A stretch of DNA of 64,000 nucleotides, from positions 11,698 through 75,697 of the forward strand of contig PWKK01000023.1 in NCBI GenBank assembly GCA_003560665.1, in the 5' to 3' direction. A model generated the notes under the pieces. The model saw nothing but the letters and a program-made list of their open reading frames with translations, searched no databases and was not told the DNA's origin. This DNA is from Candidatus Nealsonbacteria bacterium. GTDB lineage: Bacteria > Patescibacteriota > Minisyncoccia > Minisyncoccales > PWPS01. The position numbers were made by a program, and so were the translations under genes. How positions within the stretch are numbered: position 1 is the first letter of the stretch; each line of letters opens with the position of its first letter. This document shows, piece after piece, positions 46,376 to 56,146 of this stretch.

Positions 46376-46884
46376 TTTTTTATAACAGTAACCGTTAATC
46401 CGCGTGGTTCTCTGCTTACTTCTTTTTCGATTTTTAATTCCACTTTTTCGCTGAGCATTTCCAAAAAACGTTCTATTTTTTCTTTACCTACTTCTTGTAG
46501 TGCCTTCTGTCTTCCCTTTAGGGGCAGTACAATGCGGACCGAGTCGCCTTCTTCGAGAAACTTCACGGCAGATTTTGCCCTTGTTTCCATGTCGTGCTCG
46601 GAGATGGAAAAACCGAGACGGATTGATTTTAGCTGGACTTTGCTTGCTTTTTCCTGTTTCTTTTTCTTTTTGTTTTCTTCGTAAACGTGTTTTCCGTAGT
46701 CGGTTATCTTACAAACGGGAGGGACAACGTTGTCGGTAATCTGCACCAAGTCAAGCCCTTTTTCTTTTGCCTTTTCTAATGCCTCTGATACGGGAACTAC
46801 TCCGAAGTGTCCCTCGTCATCGGAAACCAGCCGGACTTCTTTGGCTCTTATTTGCTCGTTAAGTGGTGTTCTTTTTTTCTTCAA
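46372..46884 (-). CDS. infC: Translation initiation factor IF-3 (non-AUG start)
   Basis: INEQIRAKEVRLVSDDEGHFGVV...LDLVQI...PPVCKITDYGK. The first in-frame start codon is TTG (plus-strand caa at 46882-46884), consistent with the known use of unusual infC start codons. Confidence 0.93.
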   Translation of the reverse strand: MKKKRTPLNEQIRAKEVRLVSDDEGHFGVVPVSEALEKAKEKGLDLVQITDNVVPPVCKITDYGKHVYEENKKKKKQEKASKVQLKSIRLGFSISEHDMETRAKSAVKFLEEGDSVRIVLPLKGRQKALQEVGKEKIERFLEMLSEKVELKIEKEVSREPRGLTVTVIKK

Positions 46885-46927
46885 GATTTTTTATACTTTA
46901 ATTAATGTGGTGGAGATGGGGGGATTG

Positions 46928-47255
46928 AACCCCCGTCCGGAAAAAAGAAAAAACCAGTTCTACAAGCTTAGTCCGATTGAAATAAGATAGGAGATTAAAT
47001 CGGACGAAAAAGCCCTATCTCGAGCTTCTTTTGTTTCGGGTGTTAAAAAGGAAGCTCATCTTTTTATCATCCTATCCTTATGTATAACACCTCGGATCGC
47101 CTATAAGGAGTCGGCGGCGAGATGCCTGCGTTAAGCTAATGCTAATGCAGGTTCTTCTTCAAATAAGTTGACACTTATTTTAAGGTATAGGTTTTACGAG
47201 GCTATGCTCGGCTTGCACTAATTTTTTCAGGAATTCCGTCGAAACGGTCATCCCC
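46928..47255 (-). ncRNA. ssrA: tmRNA (SsrA)
   Basis: The 5' end GGGGATGACCGTTTCGACGG pairs with the 3' end ...GGACGGGGGTTCAATCCCCCCATCTCCACCA, giving an acceptor stem with G3:U and a T-arm. The internal frame ...GTC AAC TTA TTT GAA GAA GAA CCT GCA TTA GCA TTA GCT TAA ends in a CCTGC...GCAGG helix. It is adjacent to smpB. Confidence 0.9.
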
Positions 47256-47291
47256 GTAGCCCTAGCAATATACACGAAAAAAGCGTTTTAG

Positions 47292-47738
47292 TCAAGAACT
47301 TTTGGTTATCCTCCTTAAATCTCTGTCAATTTCTCTCCTTTTGATTGCCTCTCGCTTGTCGTGTTTCTTTTTTCCTCTTGCAACGCCAACTTCTATTTTC
47401 AATAAGTTTTTTTTGGTATATATTCTCAGCGGAATTAAAGTAGTTCCCTTTTCTTTTGTTTTTCCGAAAAGATAATCTATTTCTCTCTTTTTCAACAAGA
47501 GTTTGCGGTCTCTTTGCGGATTGTAACTAAGGGGAGTGTTTTTCGGTTGGTAGGGTGATATATTGCAGTTTACCAGATAACACTCTCCCTTTTTGATTGT
47601 TACATAAGCACCAAAAAGAGACGCTTTTCCTTCTCTTACCGCCTTTACTTCTTGTCCGGACAAAGCCAAGCCCGCCTCCATCTTGTCTAAGATGTGGTAG
47701 TTGAAACCGGCCTTTTTGTTTTTTACTAAATCAGGCAT
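47292..47738 (-). CDS. smpB: SsrA-binding protein SmpB
   Basis: NKKAGFNYHILDKMEAGLALSGQEVKAVREGKASL...RDRKLLLKKREI...EVGVARGKKKHDKRE. I placed the start at ATG 47738, which has a GAGGA 4 nt upstream. Confidence 0.9.
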   Translation of the reverse strand: MPDLVKNKKAGFNYHILDKMEAGLALSGQEVKAVREGKASLFGAYVTIKKGECYLVNCNISPYQPKNTPLSYNPQRDRKLLLKKREIDYLFGKTKEKGTTLIPLRIYTKKNLLKIEVGVARGKKKHDKREAIKRREIDRDLRRITKSS

Positions 47739-47836
47739 TATCCTCATTTTAACACAAAAGTACTTTCTTTCCCACACAAGCTGACCGTGACATAGGAATA
47801 GACAAACAAAGCGAAATAAGATAAAATGAGCTCCAT

Positions 47837-49498
47837 ATGAAGAAGAAAATAGAAAGAATTTTAAGGGAAGCGACAGAAGAGATTTGCCCCACCATCGACG
47901 ATTGGGGTGAGGTTAAGGTAGAGCGGAGTGGTAAAAACCACGGAGATTACGCGTCTAATATCGCCTTTCTTTTGGCAAAAAAAGAAGGAAAAAATCCGGA
48001 AAACATAGCCAAGGAAATAAAAAAGAAAATTAAATCAGAGCTTGTCTCAAAAGTAGAAGTTAAAAACGGATTCTTGAACGTTTTTCTTTCCGAAAATGCT
48101 CTCAAGGAAGAGCTTTCTGAAGTTTTAAGAGAAAAAGATGATTACGGAAAAGATATTTGCGGAAAGACGCTGGTTGTGGACTACTCTTCTCCGAATATCG
48201 CCAAATCTTTCGGGGTAGGCCACCTCCGCTCAACCATTATCGGACAATCTCTTTACAATATCTATGAACACTTAGGGTGGAAAGGAGTCGGGATAAACCA
48301 TCTGGGAGACTGGGGAACGCAATACGGAAAACTTCTTTATCAAATTAAAAAAGAAGGAAAAAATCCGGAAGATCTTTCGATAGGAGAGTTGGAAGAACTT
48401 TACGTTCGTTTCCACAGAGAAGCGGAGGATAGTCCAGAGATGGAAGAAGAGGGGCGAAAGTGGTTTGCCAAGCTGGAGAGAGGGGACAAAGAAGCAAGAA
48501 AGATGTGGGAGGTTTGTCGAAAAAAGAGCCTGGAAGAGTTTCAAAAGATATACGATGATTTAGAAATAGAGATAGATTATGTTTTAGGAGAGAGTTTTTA
48601 CGAAGATAAACTTTCTGCGGTTATCAGGGAGGCAAAAGAAAAAAGGGTGGCAAAGAAAAGCAAAGGCGCACTGGTTATTGATTTTGATGATATGCCGTCG
48701 GCGATGATTTTAAAGTCTGACGGGAGCACAACTTACTTTACTCGCGACCTTGCCGCCGCAAAGTACCGCCTGGAAGAGTTTTCTCCCGATAAGTTGATCT
48801 ATGAGATAGGAGCAGACCAAACGCTACACATGAAACAACTTTTTGCAACGGTTGAGAAGATGGGTTGGGCGAAAAAAGCGAAGTTTGTTCACGTCCCTCA
48901 CGGAATGTTTCGTCTTAAAGAAGGAAAGTTTTCTACGAGAAGAGGAAGAACGGTTTACCTAGAAGAAGTTCTCGCTTTGGCAAAGAAGAAGGCGGAAGAA
49001 ATAATTAAGAACTCTGCGACCGCGAAAAATATCTCCCCAAAAGAAAGAAGAGAGATTGCTCGGATTGTCGGAATCGGAGCGGTAAAGTACAATGATCTTA
49101 AGCGTTACCACAAAAGAGATGTTCTTTTCGATTGGGACAGGATAGTTACACTTAAAGGAGACTCGGGGCCCTATCTGCAGTATACTTGTGTTCGTTGTAA
49201 AAGTATTTTAGAGAAGACAAAGAGGCATGATGTAACGGCGGAAAAACTGGATGAGGAGGAAAGAAAGATAGTAAAAAGAATTATTCAGTTCAATGAAACA
49301 GTGGATGCCGCGGCGAGCAGTTATTCGCCAAATCTTATTGCTGAATATGCATTCAGGCTTGCCAAAGAGTTCAATTACTTTTATGACAGTTGTCCTATTT
49401 TAGGAAACAAACAGAGAGTGGCGATTACGGAAGCGACACTGATTATACTTACACGCTGTCTTCATCTCCTAACGATATCGGTGCCCACTAAAATGTAA
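47837..49498 (+). CDS. argS: Arginyl-tRNA synthetase
   Basis: SSPNIAKSFGVGHLRSTIIG is the HIGH-type region, with TRDLAAAKY and a C-terminal DALR-type anticodon-binding domain. 553 aa. Confidence 0.93.
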   Translation: MKKKIERILREATEEICPTIDDWGEVKVERSGKNHGDYASNIAFLLAKKEGKNPENIAKEIKKKIKSELVSKVEVKNGFLNVFLSENALKEELSEVLREKDDYGKDICGKTLVVDYSSPNIAKSFGVGHLRSTIIGQSLYNIYEHLGWKGVGINHLGDWGTQYGKLLYQIKKEGKNPEDLSIGELEELYVRFHREAEDSPEMEEEGRKWFAKLERGDKEARKMWEVCRKKSLEEFQKIYDDLEIEIDYVLGESFYEDKLSAVIREAKEKRVAKKSKGALVIDFDDMPSAMILKSDGSTTYFTRDLAAAKYRLEEFSPDKLIYEIGADQTLHMKQLFATVEKMGWAKKAKFVHVPHGMFRLKEGKFSTRRGRTVYLEEVLALAKKKAEEIIKNSATAKNISPKERREIARIVGIGAVKYNDLKRYHKRDVLFDWDRIVTLKGDSGPYLQYTCVRCKSILEKTKRHDVTAEKLDEEERKIVKRIIQFNETVDAAASSYSPNLIAEYAFRLAKEFNYFYDSCPILGNKQRVAITEATLIILTRCLHLLTISVPTKM

Positions 49499-49509
49499 AA
49501 AATATAATT

Positions 49510-52377
49510 ATGAGCAAGGAAAAACAAAACGAAAAGAGCAGGTTTTCCCAAATGGAAGAAGAAGTTTTAAACTTTTGGAGAAAAGGGAAGATATTTGAAA
49601 AATCGGTAGAAAAAGAAGCTCCAAAAGGAAACTATGTTTTCTATGACGGCCCTCCTTTTATTACCGGCCTTCCCCATTATGCAACTCTTCTGCCGAGTAT
49701 CGCAAAAGACGTGATACCGCGATATTTCACGATGCAAGGATACCGTGTCGATAGGATTTGGGGATGGGATTGCCACGGATTGCCGGCGGAAAACAGAGTG
49801 GAAAAAAATTTGGGACTCAGAAACAAAAAAGACATTGAGAATTTAGGCATTAAAGAGTTTGTTGGCTCTTGTCGAGAATATGTTAGTAGTAGTTCAGAGC
49901 AGTGGGAGTGGTATGTAGAGAGAATTGGGCGTTGGGTAGATATGGAAAACGCCTACAAGACCATGGACTTGAAGTTTATGGAAAGCGTTATATGGGCCTT
50001 TAAACAACTTTATGACAAGAACTTAATTTACGAAGGTTACAGGACATCTTTACACTGTCCGCGTTGTGCTACTCCTCTTTCTAAGTTTGAAATAACGATG
50101 GATGCCGGGTCTTACAGGGAAGTGGAAGACGACTCTCTTTATGTTGAGTTTCAAGCAGAAGGAGGATTTTCTCTTCTTGTTTGGACAACGACTCCCTGGA
50201 CACTTCCCGGAAATCTAGCCTTGGCGGTTAAAGAGAATACAGACTATGTTTTTGTTTCAAGTTCCAATAAAGATTATGTGTTGGCAAAAGATAGATTAGA
50301 AGATGTTTTTAAAGAAAGGAACTACAAGATAGTTAAAGAGGTTAGGGGAAAAGATTTGGTTGGTCTTTGCTACAAACCTCTATTTGACTTAGAAAACAAT
50401 GAAATAAAGGAAAATAAAAATATTTATAAGGTTTACTCTGCTGATTTTGTAAGCACGGAAGATGGTACCGGCATTGTACATATTGCTCCAAACTTTGGAG
50501 AAGAAGACTTTGAATTAGGCAAAAGAGAGGGTCTTCCGGTAGTTGAGCTTATGGATGAAAGCGGAGTTTACACTGCAAGTGCAGGAGAGTGGAAGGGTTT
50601 TTATTTCAAAAAAGCGAGTGAGAAAACAAAACAAAAATTAAAAGACAAAATATTTTTACAAGAGAAAAGTGTCCACTCTTATCCCTTCTGTTATCGTTGT
50701 GATACAAGCTTGATTCACAAAGCCCAGAAAGCGTGGTACTTAAAGATAAGCGAAATTAGGGAAAAGATGATAGAGAGCAACGAAACCATTAACTGGGTTC
50801 CGGAGCATTTTAAAGAAGGAAGGTTCAAATACAATCTAGAGAATGCTCCTGACTGGTGTCTTTCTCGTTCACGATACTGGGGATCACCGGTTCCGGTTTG
50901 GAAGTGTAGTTGTGGGGAGATAAAAGTAGTGGGATCTTTAAAAGAAATAGAGAGGCTAGGAAAAGCAAAAGTAGATGATCTTCACCGCCCAGAGATAGAT
51001 GAAGTTTTTTTCGAGTGCCCCGAGTGTAGAGGTAAGATGAAAAGAGTTTTAGAAGTTCTTGATTGTTGGTTTGAATCGGGATCAATGCCTTTTGCTCAAT
51101 TTCACTATCCTTTTGAAAAAGAAGATGAGTGGGAAAAGTTGTTTCCCGCAGACTTCATTATCGAGTATACAGGACAACTCCGTGGATGGTTTTACTATCT
51201 ACACGTTTTGTCAAACGCTCTTTTTGACTCAAAGGCTTTTAAAAATGTTGTTGTCACCGGAGTTTTGGCGGGAGATGATGGAAGAAAGATGAGTAAATCA
51301 TTAGGCAACTATCCGGATCCAAAGATTGTCTTGGACAAGTATGGCAGTGACGCACTTAGAATCTACTTTATGTCAAATCCGATTATGGTAGGAGGAGATA
51401 CTAATCTTTCAGAGATAGACATTCAGGACGCACTTCGTAAAAACGTCATTCTTTTTTCAAACGTGGTAAGTTTTTACGAAACCTTTGCCAAAGAAAAATA
51501 CTTTGTGTTAGAGGATGAAGTAAAAGAACCATCTTCCGATAATGTTTTAGATAGGTGGATTCTGACAAGATTAAGCGAGACGATTAAAATGATAAAAGAA
51601 AGTCTTGAGAGTTATAATCTTCCTCCGGCGTGTATGGCGGTGACAAAATTCATTGATGACCTTTCAACTTGGTACTTGCGCAGATCAAGAGGGAGGTTCA
51701 AAGGAGAAGACGAGAAAGACGCAAACGCTGCACTTAAAACAACAGGATTTGTTTTGCATCAGTTCTCCAAAGCTGTTGCCCCGATAACACCTTTTGTGGC
51801 TGAAAGTGTTTGGCAGAAAACGACAGGAAGAAATTTTAAGAAAAAAGAAGAGTCTGTTCATCTCACAGGATACCCAAGTTTTTCTGACAAATTTGACAAA
51901 GAACTTTTAAAAGAAATGGAAAAAACAAGAGAAGTTGTTTCTTTGGCTCTCAAGAAAAGAACAGATGCAGGAATTAAAGTAAGACAACCGCTTCCGTCAT
52001 TAACGATAAATGAAAACCTCAAAGAAGAGTTTCTTTTTCTTATAAAAGAAGAGGTTAATGTAAAAAAAGTTGTTTTCGGGAAAAAAACTGATCTCGATAC
52101 AAAGATAACCCCGAAACTCAAGGAAGAGGGAGATGTAAGAGAGATTATAAGGAGTATTCAAAGTTTAAGAAAAGAAGCCAAACTGGTGCCGAGCGATAAA
52201 GTTAAACTCTCCTACTCAGGAGAAGATCTTACGAACATTTTTTCTAAATGGGAATCTACCTTCAAAAAAGAAGCAGGGATTTTTGAGATAACCAGTGAAA
52301 TTCCGAGAAAAACTCTTGCCAAAAAGACAATTAAAATAGATGGGAAGGAGATCGCTTTTTCCATCTCTTCTTCGTAA
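49510..52377 (+). CDS. ileS: Isoleucyl-tRNA synthetase (type 2, eukaryote-like)
   Basis: FYDGPPFITGLPHYATLL is the HIGH-equivalent region. The editing-domain blocks WTTTPWTLPGN and GTGIVHIAP are present, and KMSKSLGN is the KMSKS motif. 955 aa. Confidence 0.93.
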   Translation: MSKEKQNEKSRFSQMEEEVLNFWRKGKIFEKSVEKEAPKGNYVFYDGPPFITGLPHYATLLPSIAKDVIPRYFTMQGYRVDRIWGWDCHGLPAENRVEKNLGLRNKKDIENLGIKEFVGSCREYVSSSSEQWEWYVERIGRWVDMENAYKTMDLKFMESVIWAFKQLYDKNLIYEGYRTSLHCPRCATPLSKFEITMDAGSYREVEDDSLYVEFQAEGGFSLLVWTTTPWTLPGNLALAVKENTDYVFVSSSNKDYVLAKDRLEDVFKERNYKIVKEVRGKDLVGLCYKPLFDLENNEIKENKNIYKVYSADFVSTEDGTGIVHIAPNFGEEDFELGKREGLPVVELMDESGVYTASAGEWKGFYFKKASEKTKQKLKDKIFLQEKSVHSYPFCYRCDTSLIHKAQKAWYLKISEIREKMIESNETINWVPEHFKEGRFKYNLENAPDWCLSRSRYWGSPVPVWKCSCGEIKVVGSLKEIERLGKAKVDDLHRPEIDEVFFECPECRGKMKRVLEVLDCWFESGSMPFAQFHYPFEKEDEWEKLFPADFIIEYTGQLRGWFYYLHVLSNALFDSKAFKNVVVTGVLAGDDGRKMSKSLGNYPDPKIVLDKYGSDALRIYFMSNPIMVGGDTNLSEIDIQDALRKNVILFSNVVSFYETFAKEKYFVLEDEVKEPSSDNVLDRWILTRLSETIKMIKESLESYNLPPACMAVTKFIDDLSTWYLRRSRGRFKGEDEKDANAALKTTGFVLHQFSKAVAPITPFVAESVWQKTTGRNFKKKEESVHLTGYPSFSDKFDKELLKEMEKTREVVSLALKKRTDAGIKVRQPLPSLTINENLKEEFLFLIKEEVNVKKVVFGKKTDLDTKITPKLKEEGDVREIIRSIQSLRKEAKLVPSDKVKLSYSGEDLTNIFSKWESTFKKEAGIFEITSEIPRKTLAKKTIKIDGKEIAFSISSS

Positions 52378-52460
52378 ACGATACTATTTTTATGAAAAGC
52401 TTTTAACAACAGAATTACTGTTAAAAAATTATATTTTAGACAATCAAAACGAGTAAATTT

Positions 52461-53165
52461 ATGTTTACCCACCATCGCACGGAAGGGATAATTCTTCGCA
52501 TACGGCAAACAAGAGAAGCGGACGAGATTTTCACCCTTTATACAAAAGAATTTGGAAGATTGGATGTTATCGGAAGATCAATCCGTAAGAGTAGATCGAA
52601 GTTGCGCATGAATATGTCTCTTTTTTCTTATGTAGAGATTGGCTTTATTCAAGGGAAAAGCTATAATACCCTAACAGATGCATTTCTTATCTCTGACTTT
52701 AAAAGGGCAAAGAGAGTGTTGGGAAAGCTGTCGCTTTTTTACCGTATTTCGGAAGTGTTACTATCTCTTGTCTACGGACAAGAGAGGGATGAAGGGGTTT
52801 TTTTATTTCTTCTTAGAAGTTTTCAAAAGATTGAAGAGACAAATCTTTCTAAGGGAAAGATAGAGCTTTTCTTCTGCTTTTTCTCTTTCCGCCTCCTTTA
52901 TTTTTTAGGATATAAGGTGTATATTGAAAAGTGTGTTTTCTGTAAAGAGGAGATTAAGGGAGAGGGGTATTTTAATTCGAAAGAAGGAGGTGTCGTTTGT
53001 GGAAGTTGCTTTAGGAGAGACCCTGCAGGAATCCATCTTAAAGATGTTAAATCGTTACAGTGTTTTTTTGGAAACGATTTAGAACAAATATTTAATCAAA
53101 ATCCAAAAACTTTTTTAAATATTCTAGAAAACTATCTGGCGTTTGTTCCGGAAGTAAAAAAATAA
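52461..53165 (+). CDS. recO: DNA repair protein RecO
   Basis: The OB-fold N-terminus reads TEGIILRIRQTREADEIFTLYTKEFGRLDVIGRSIRKS. The zinc motif is CVFCKEE...CGSC. Confidence 0.8.
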   Translation: MFTHHRTEGIILRIRQTREADEIFTLYTKEFGRLDVIGRSIRKSRSKLRMNMSLFSYVEIGFIQGKSYNTLTDAFLISDFKRAKRVLGKLSLFYRISEVLLSLVYGQERDEGVFLFLLRSFQKIEETNLSKGKIELFFCFFSFRLLYFLGYKVYIEKCVFCKEEIKGEGYFNSKEGGVVCGSCFRRDPAGIHLKDVKSLQCFFGNDLEQIFNQNPKTFLNILENYLAFVPEVKK

Positions 53166-53195
53166 CCAAAGTTTTAATTTTAATCATTTTGCAAT

Positions 53196-54845
53196 ATGTT
53201 TAATCCTAAAAATCTAAAGAAAGTAATCGTTGTTCTTGTTGGTCTCCTCGTTGTTACCGGCTCCTTGGGATACTTCTATTATCAGAGAAATATTTTCGGG
53301 GAGGATAGGTTACGTTTTGAAATTTCCGCTCCGGAAGCCATAGAGGCGGGAGAAGAGGTAGAGTACATTGTTCGTTACAGAAATAACAGCGATGTCCGCC
53401 TAGAAGAGATGGTTCTTGTTTTTGAATATCCAGAGAATGTCATTATTATTGAATCGGAAGAAGATGAAGATATCAGGAGAAGAAGTGGAGTTCGACGTGA
53501 GGTTGATGTAGGAGAGCTGAATCCGGGTCAGGAAAAGACGGTAAGTTTCAAGGCTCGTCCTTTAGGGGAAAAAGGGAGCTCTTTTAAAGCATCCGCTTGG
53601 ATTAGGTATGTTCCCAGAAACTTGGCGGCACGTTATGAAGCAAAGAGAGAGCATATTGCGGTAATAGAAAATGTTCCGATTAGTTTTGATTTTCAAATTC
53701 CGGCAAATGTAGATCCCGACAGAGAGACAAGTTTCCGTTTGCGCTTTTCTTCTGGAATTGACTATCCTCTTACCGACATGGAGGTGCGTTTTAGATATCC
53801 TCCCGGATTTCGCTTTATAAGAAGTGCTCCACAAACCGACACAGAGGAGAGGGATGTGTGGTCCTGGTCGGTATTAAACAAAGGAGATGACGGAACAATC
53901 GATATTGACGGAGTCCTTAGGGGAGACCCGGGAGATGCAAAGATATTTAATGCCGTTCTTGGTATATGGCTCAATGATAGCTTTGTTCCCCTCAAAGAGG
54001 CATCAAGAGGAACAGCCATTTCTCGCAGCAACTTGTTACTTGATATGCAGGTAAACGGAAAAGAAGAGTATATTGCAAACCCCGGAGAGCTTTTGCATTA
54101 CGAGATATTTTTTAGGAATATCGGGAGCGAAACACTGGAAGATTTATTTTTGCTTGTTGATCTTGACGAGAACACGCTTAACCTTGATCAAGTAGAGCCG
54201 GTAGAGGGAAGATTTCAAAAAGAAAGAGGGGTTATTATTTGGAGTTACACCTTTGATTACGTGCTTCTCTCGCTAAAAGAAAATGAAGAAGGAAGAGTAG
54301 AATTTTGGGCAAGAGCAAAAGAAGATCTTCCTCAAAATCCGGAAATCAAAGTGAAAGCGTCAATGGAGAGAGCGGAGAAAACATTGGCCACTAGGATAAA
54401 TACTCGTCTTTCTCTTAGACAAAGTGTTATTCGGAAGGGAACGTTGTTTGAAGAAACTGGTCCTTTTCCATTCAAAGAGGGAGAGAAGTCCAATTACACC
54501 GTGAGATGGGTGGCGAAAACTTTTTTTAACGATGTTCGTGATGTGACAATCAAAACAGAACTTCCAGAAGGTGCGAGGATTACGGGAGAAAAAGATCCCG
54601 AAGATGTGTCTCTTTCGTTTAACTCTAGTACGAGAGAAGTGGTATTGGAGGTAGAAGAACTTTCGGCGGGAAGAGAAAAAGAAATATTTTTTGAAGTAGA
54701 AATAGACCCGCTAGAAGATTTTGACGAAGAAGATGTTGTTCTCGGTGAAGGCGAGATGACCGCCAAAGACAGAAGAACAGACGAAACGGTTGTCCAAAAA
54801 ACGGGGGCGGTTTTCTTGGATCAGGTTTTAGAAATTTCAAATTAG
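53196..54845 (+). CDS. Membrane-anchored protein with several DUF11/CARDB-like beta-sandwich repeats
   Basis: N-terminal TM helix (VIVVLVGLLVVTGSLGYFYY). Repeated segments follow the pattern G-E-x-V/L-x-Y-x-I-x-[FY]-x-N-x-[GS]...L, for example AGEEVEYIVRYRNNSDVRLEEMVL and PGELLHYEIFFRNIGSETLEDLFL. Confidence 0.5.
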   Translation: MFNPKNLKKVIVVLVGLLVVTGSLGYFYYQRNIFGEDRLRFEISAPEAIEAGEEVEYIVRYRNNSDVRLEEMVLVFEYPENVIIIESEEDEDIRRRSGVRREVDVGELNPGQEKTVSFKARPLGEKGSSFKASAWIRYVPRNLAARYEAKREHIAVIENVPISFDFQIPANVDPDRETSFRLRFSSGIDYPLTDMEVRFRYPPGFRFIRSAPQTDTEERDVWSWSVLNKGDDGTIDIDGVLRGDPGDAKIFNAVLGIWLNDSFVPLKEASRGTAISRSNLLLDMQVNGKEEYIANPGELLHYEIFFRNIGSETLEDLFLLVDLDENTLNLDQVEPVEGRFQKERGVIIWSYTFDYVLLSLKENEEGRVEFWARAKEDLPQNPEIKVKASMERAEKTLATRINTRLSLRQSVIRKGTLFEETGPFPFKEGEKSNYTVRWVAKTFFNDVRDVTIKTELPEGARITGEKDPEDVSLSFNSSTREVVLEVEELSAGREKEIFFEVEIDPLEDFDEEDVVLGEGEMTAKDRRTDETVVQKTGAVFLDQVLEISN

Positions 54846-54848
54846 TTT

Positions 54849-56108
54849 ATGGACAAAAAGACTCTCAGCAACGGTTTGCGACTAATTACCGTTCCACTTA
54901 AAAATACAAAAGTGGCGACAGTTTTGGTTTTGGTAAAAACGGGATCAAAGTATGAGGAAAAAAGTGTTTCCGGAATATCTCATTTTCTAGAACACATGTT
55001 CTTTAAAGGAACTAAAAGAAGAAAGACACAAATAAAAGTTGCCGAGGATATGGACAAGCTCGGCGGGGTGTATAATGCGTTTACCGGAGAGGATTACACC
55101 GGATATTATGCAAAGGTAAACTCCTCTCACCTTTCTGCCGCCGTGGACTGGGTTTCCGATATCTATCTTAACTCTCTTCTTCCCGAAAAAGAAATAGAAA
55201 AAGAAAGGGGCGTAATTAAAGAAGAGATTAACATGTATCGTGATAACCCGATGATGCACTGCCAAACAATCTTTCAAGAGCTTCTTTACGGAGATCAGCC
55301 TGCTGGGTGGGATATTGCCGGAACGAAAAAGTCGGTTTCTAGAATCACCAGAGAAAAACTTCTCTCTTATATGAAATCTCAGTACATTGCCGAGAACACG
55401 GTAGTGGTTGTTGCCGGAGATGTAAAGAAGAAAGATGTGGAAAAGGAAGTTGGCGATATTTTCTCTGGGATGAGAAGCGGTACCGTAAAAGAAAAAGAAG
55501 AGGTGAAAGAAGAGCAGTCTGAGCCAATGGTAAAAATTTATTACAAAGAAACCGATCAAACCCATCTTTGCCTGGGCGCAAGAGCGTTTAATATTTTTCA
55601 TCCTCACCGGTACACACAAGAAGTCGTTGCCGCACTTTTGGGAGGAATGATGAGCTCACGCTTGTTTGTGAAGATAAGAGATGAACTGGGGCTTGCCTAC
55701 TACATCAGAACGACCGCGGAAGATAATCCCGATACGGGAGTTCTTGTTACACAGGCAGGAGTGGACAACAAGAAGGCAAAAGATGCGGTAGGTGCTATTA
55801 TGAAGGAGTATAAAAAAGTTAAAAAAGAGAAAGTTTCTCTCAGAGAATTAAAAAAAGCAAAGGAAAACTTGAAAGGAAAGGCAGCTATTCTCTTAGAGTC
55901 ATCGGATTCACTGGCACGCTTTTACGGCATAAGCGAACTTTTAGAAAAAAAAACTTACAGGATAGAAGATATTTTTCGGCTTGTGGATAAAATAAAGAAA
56001 AAAGACGTTCAAAGCGCCACCGAGCAAATTCTTCGACCGGAAAATATTAATCTCGCTATAGTTGGTCCTCACAAAATGGAAAAACCATTTAAAAATCTTT
56101 TACAGTAA
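54849..56108 (+). CDS. M16 (pitrilysin/insulinase) family zinc peptidase
   Basis: GISHFLEHMFFKGT carries the inverted HxxEH motif. 419 aa. Confidence 0.85.
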   Translation: MDKKTLSNGLRLITVPLKNTKVATVLVLVKTGSKYEEKSVSGISHFLEHMFFKGTKRRKTQIKVAEDMDKLGGVYNAFTGEDYTGYYAKVNSSHLSAAVDWVSDIYLNSLLPEKEIEKERGVIKEEINMYRDNPMMHCQTIFQELLYGDQPAGWDIAGTKKSVSRITREKLLSYMKSQYIAENTVVVVAGDVKKKDVEKEVGDIFSGMRSGTVKEKEEVKEEQSEPMVKIYYKETDQTHLCLGARAFNIFHPHRYTQEVVAALLGGMMSSRLFVKIRDELGLAYYIRTTAEDNPDTGVLVTQAGVDNKKAKDAVGAIMKEYKKVKKEKVSLRELKKAKENLKGKAAILLESSDSLARFYGISELLEKKTYRIEDIFRLVDKIKKKDVQSATEQILRPENINLAIVGPHKMEKPFKNLLQ

Positions 56109-56146
56109 CCCTTTTTGTGATAAGATGAAGATGTAGTTTTCTCTCT

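Noticed and set aside
54987-55619. 210-aa minus-strand ORF.
   Set aside because: It is antisense to the M16 peptidase gene, whose HxxEH motif and length are intact. The translation has no recognisable features.
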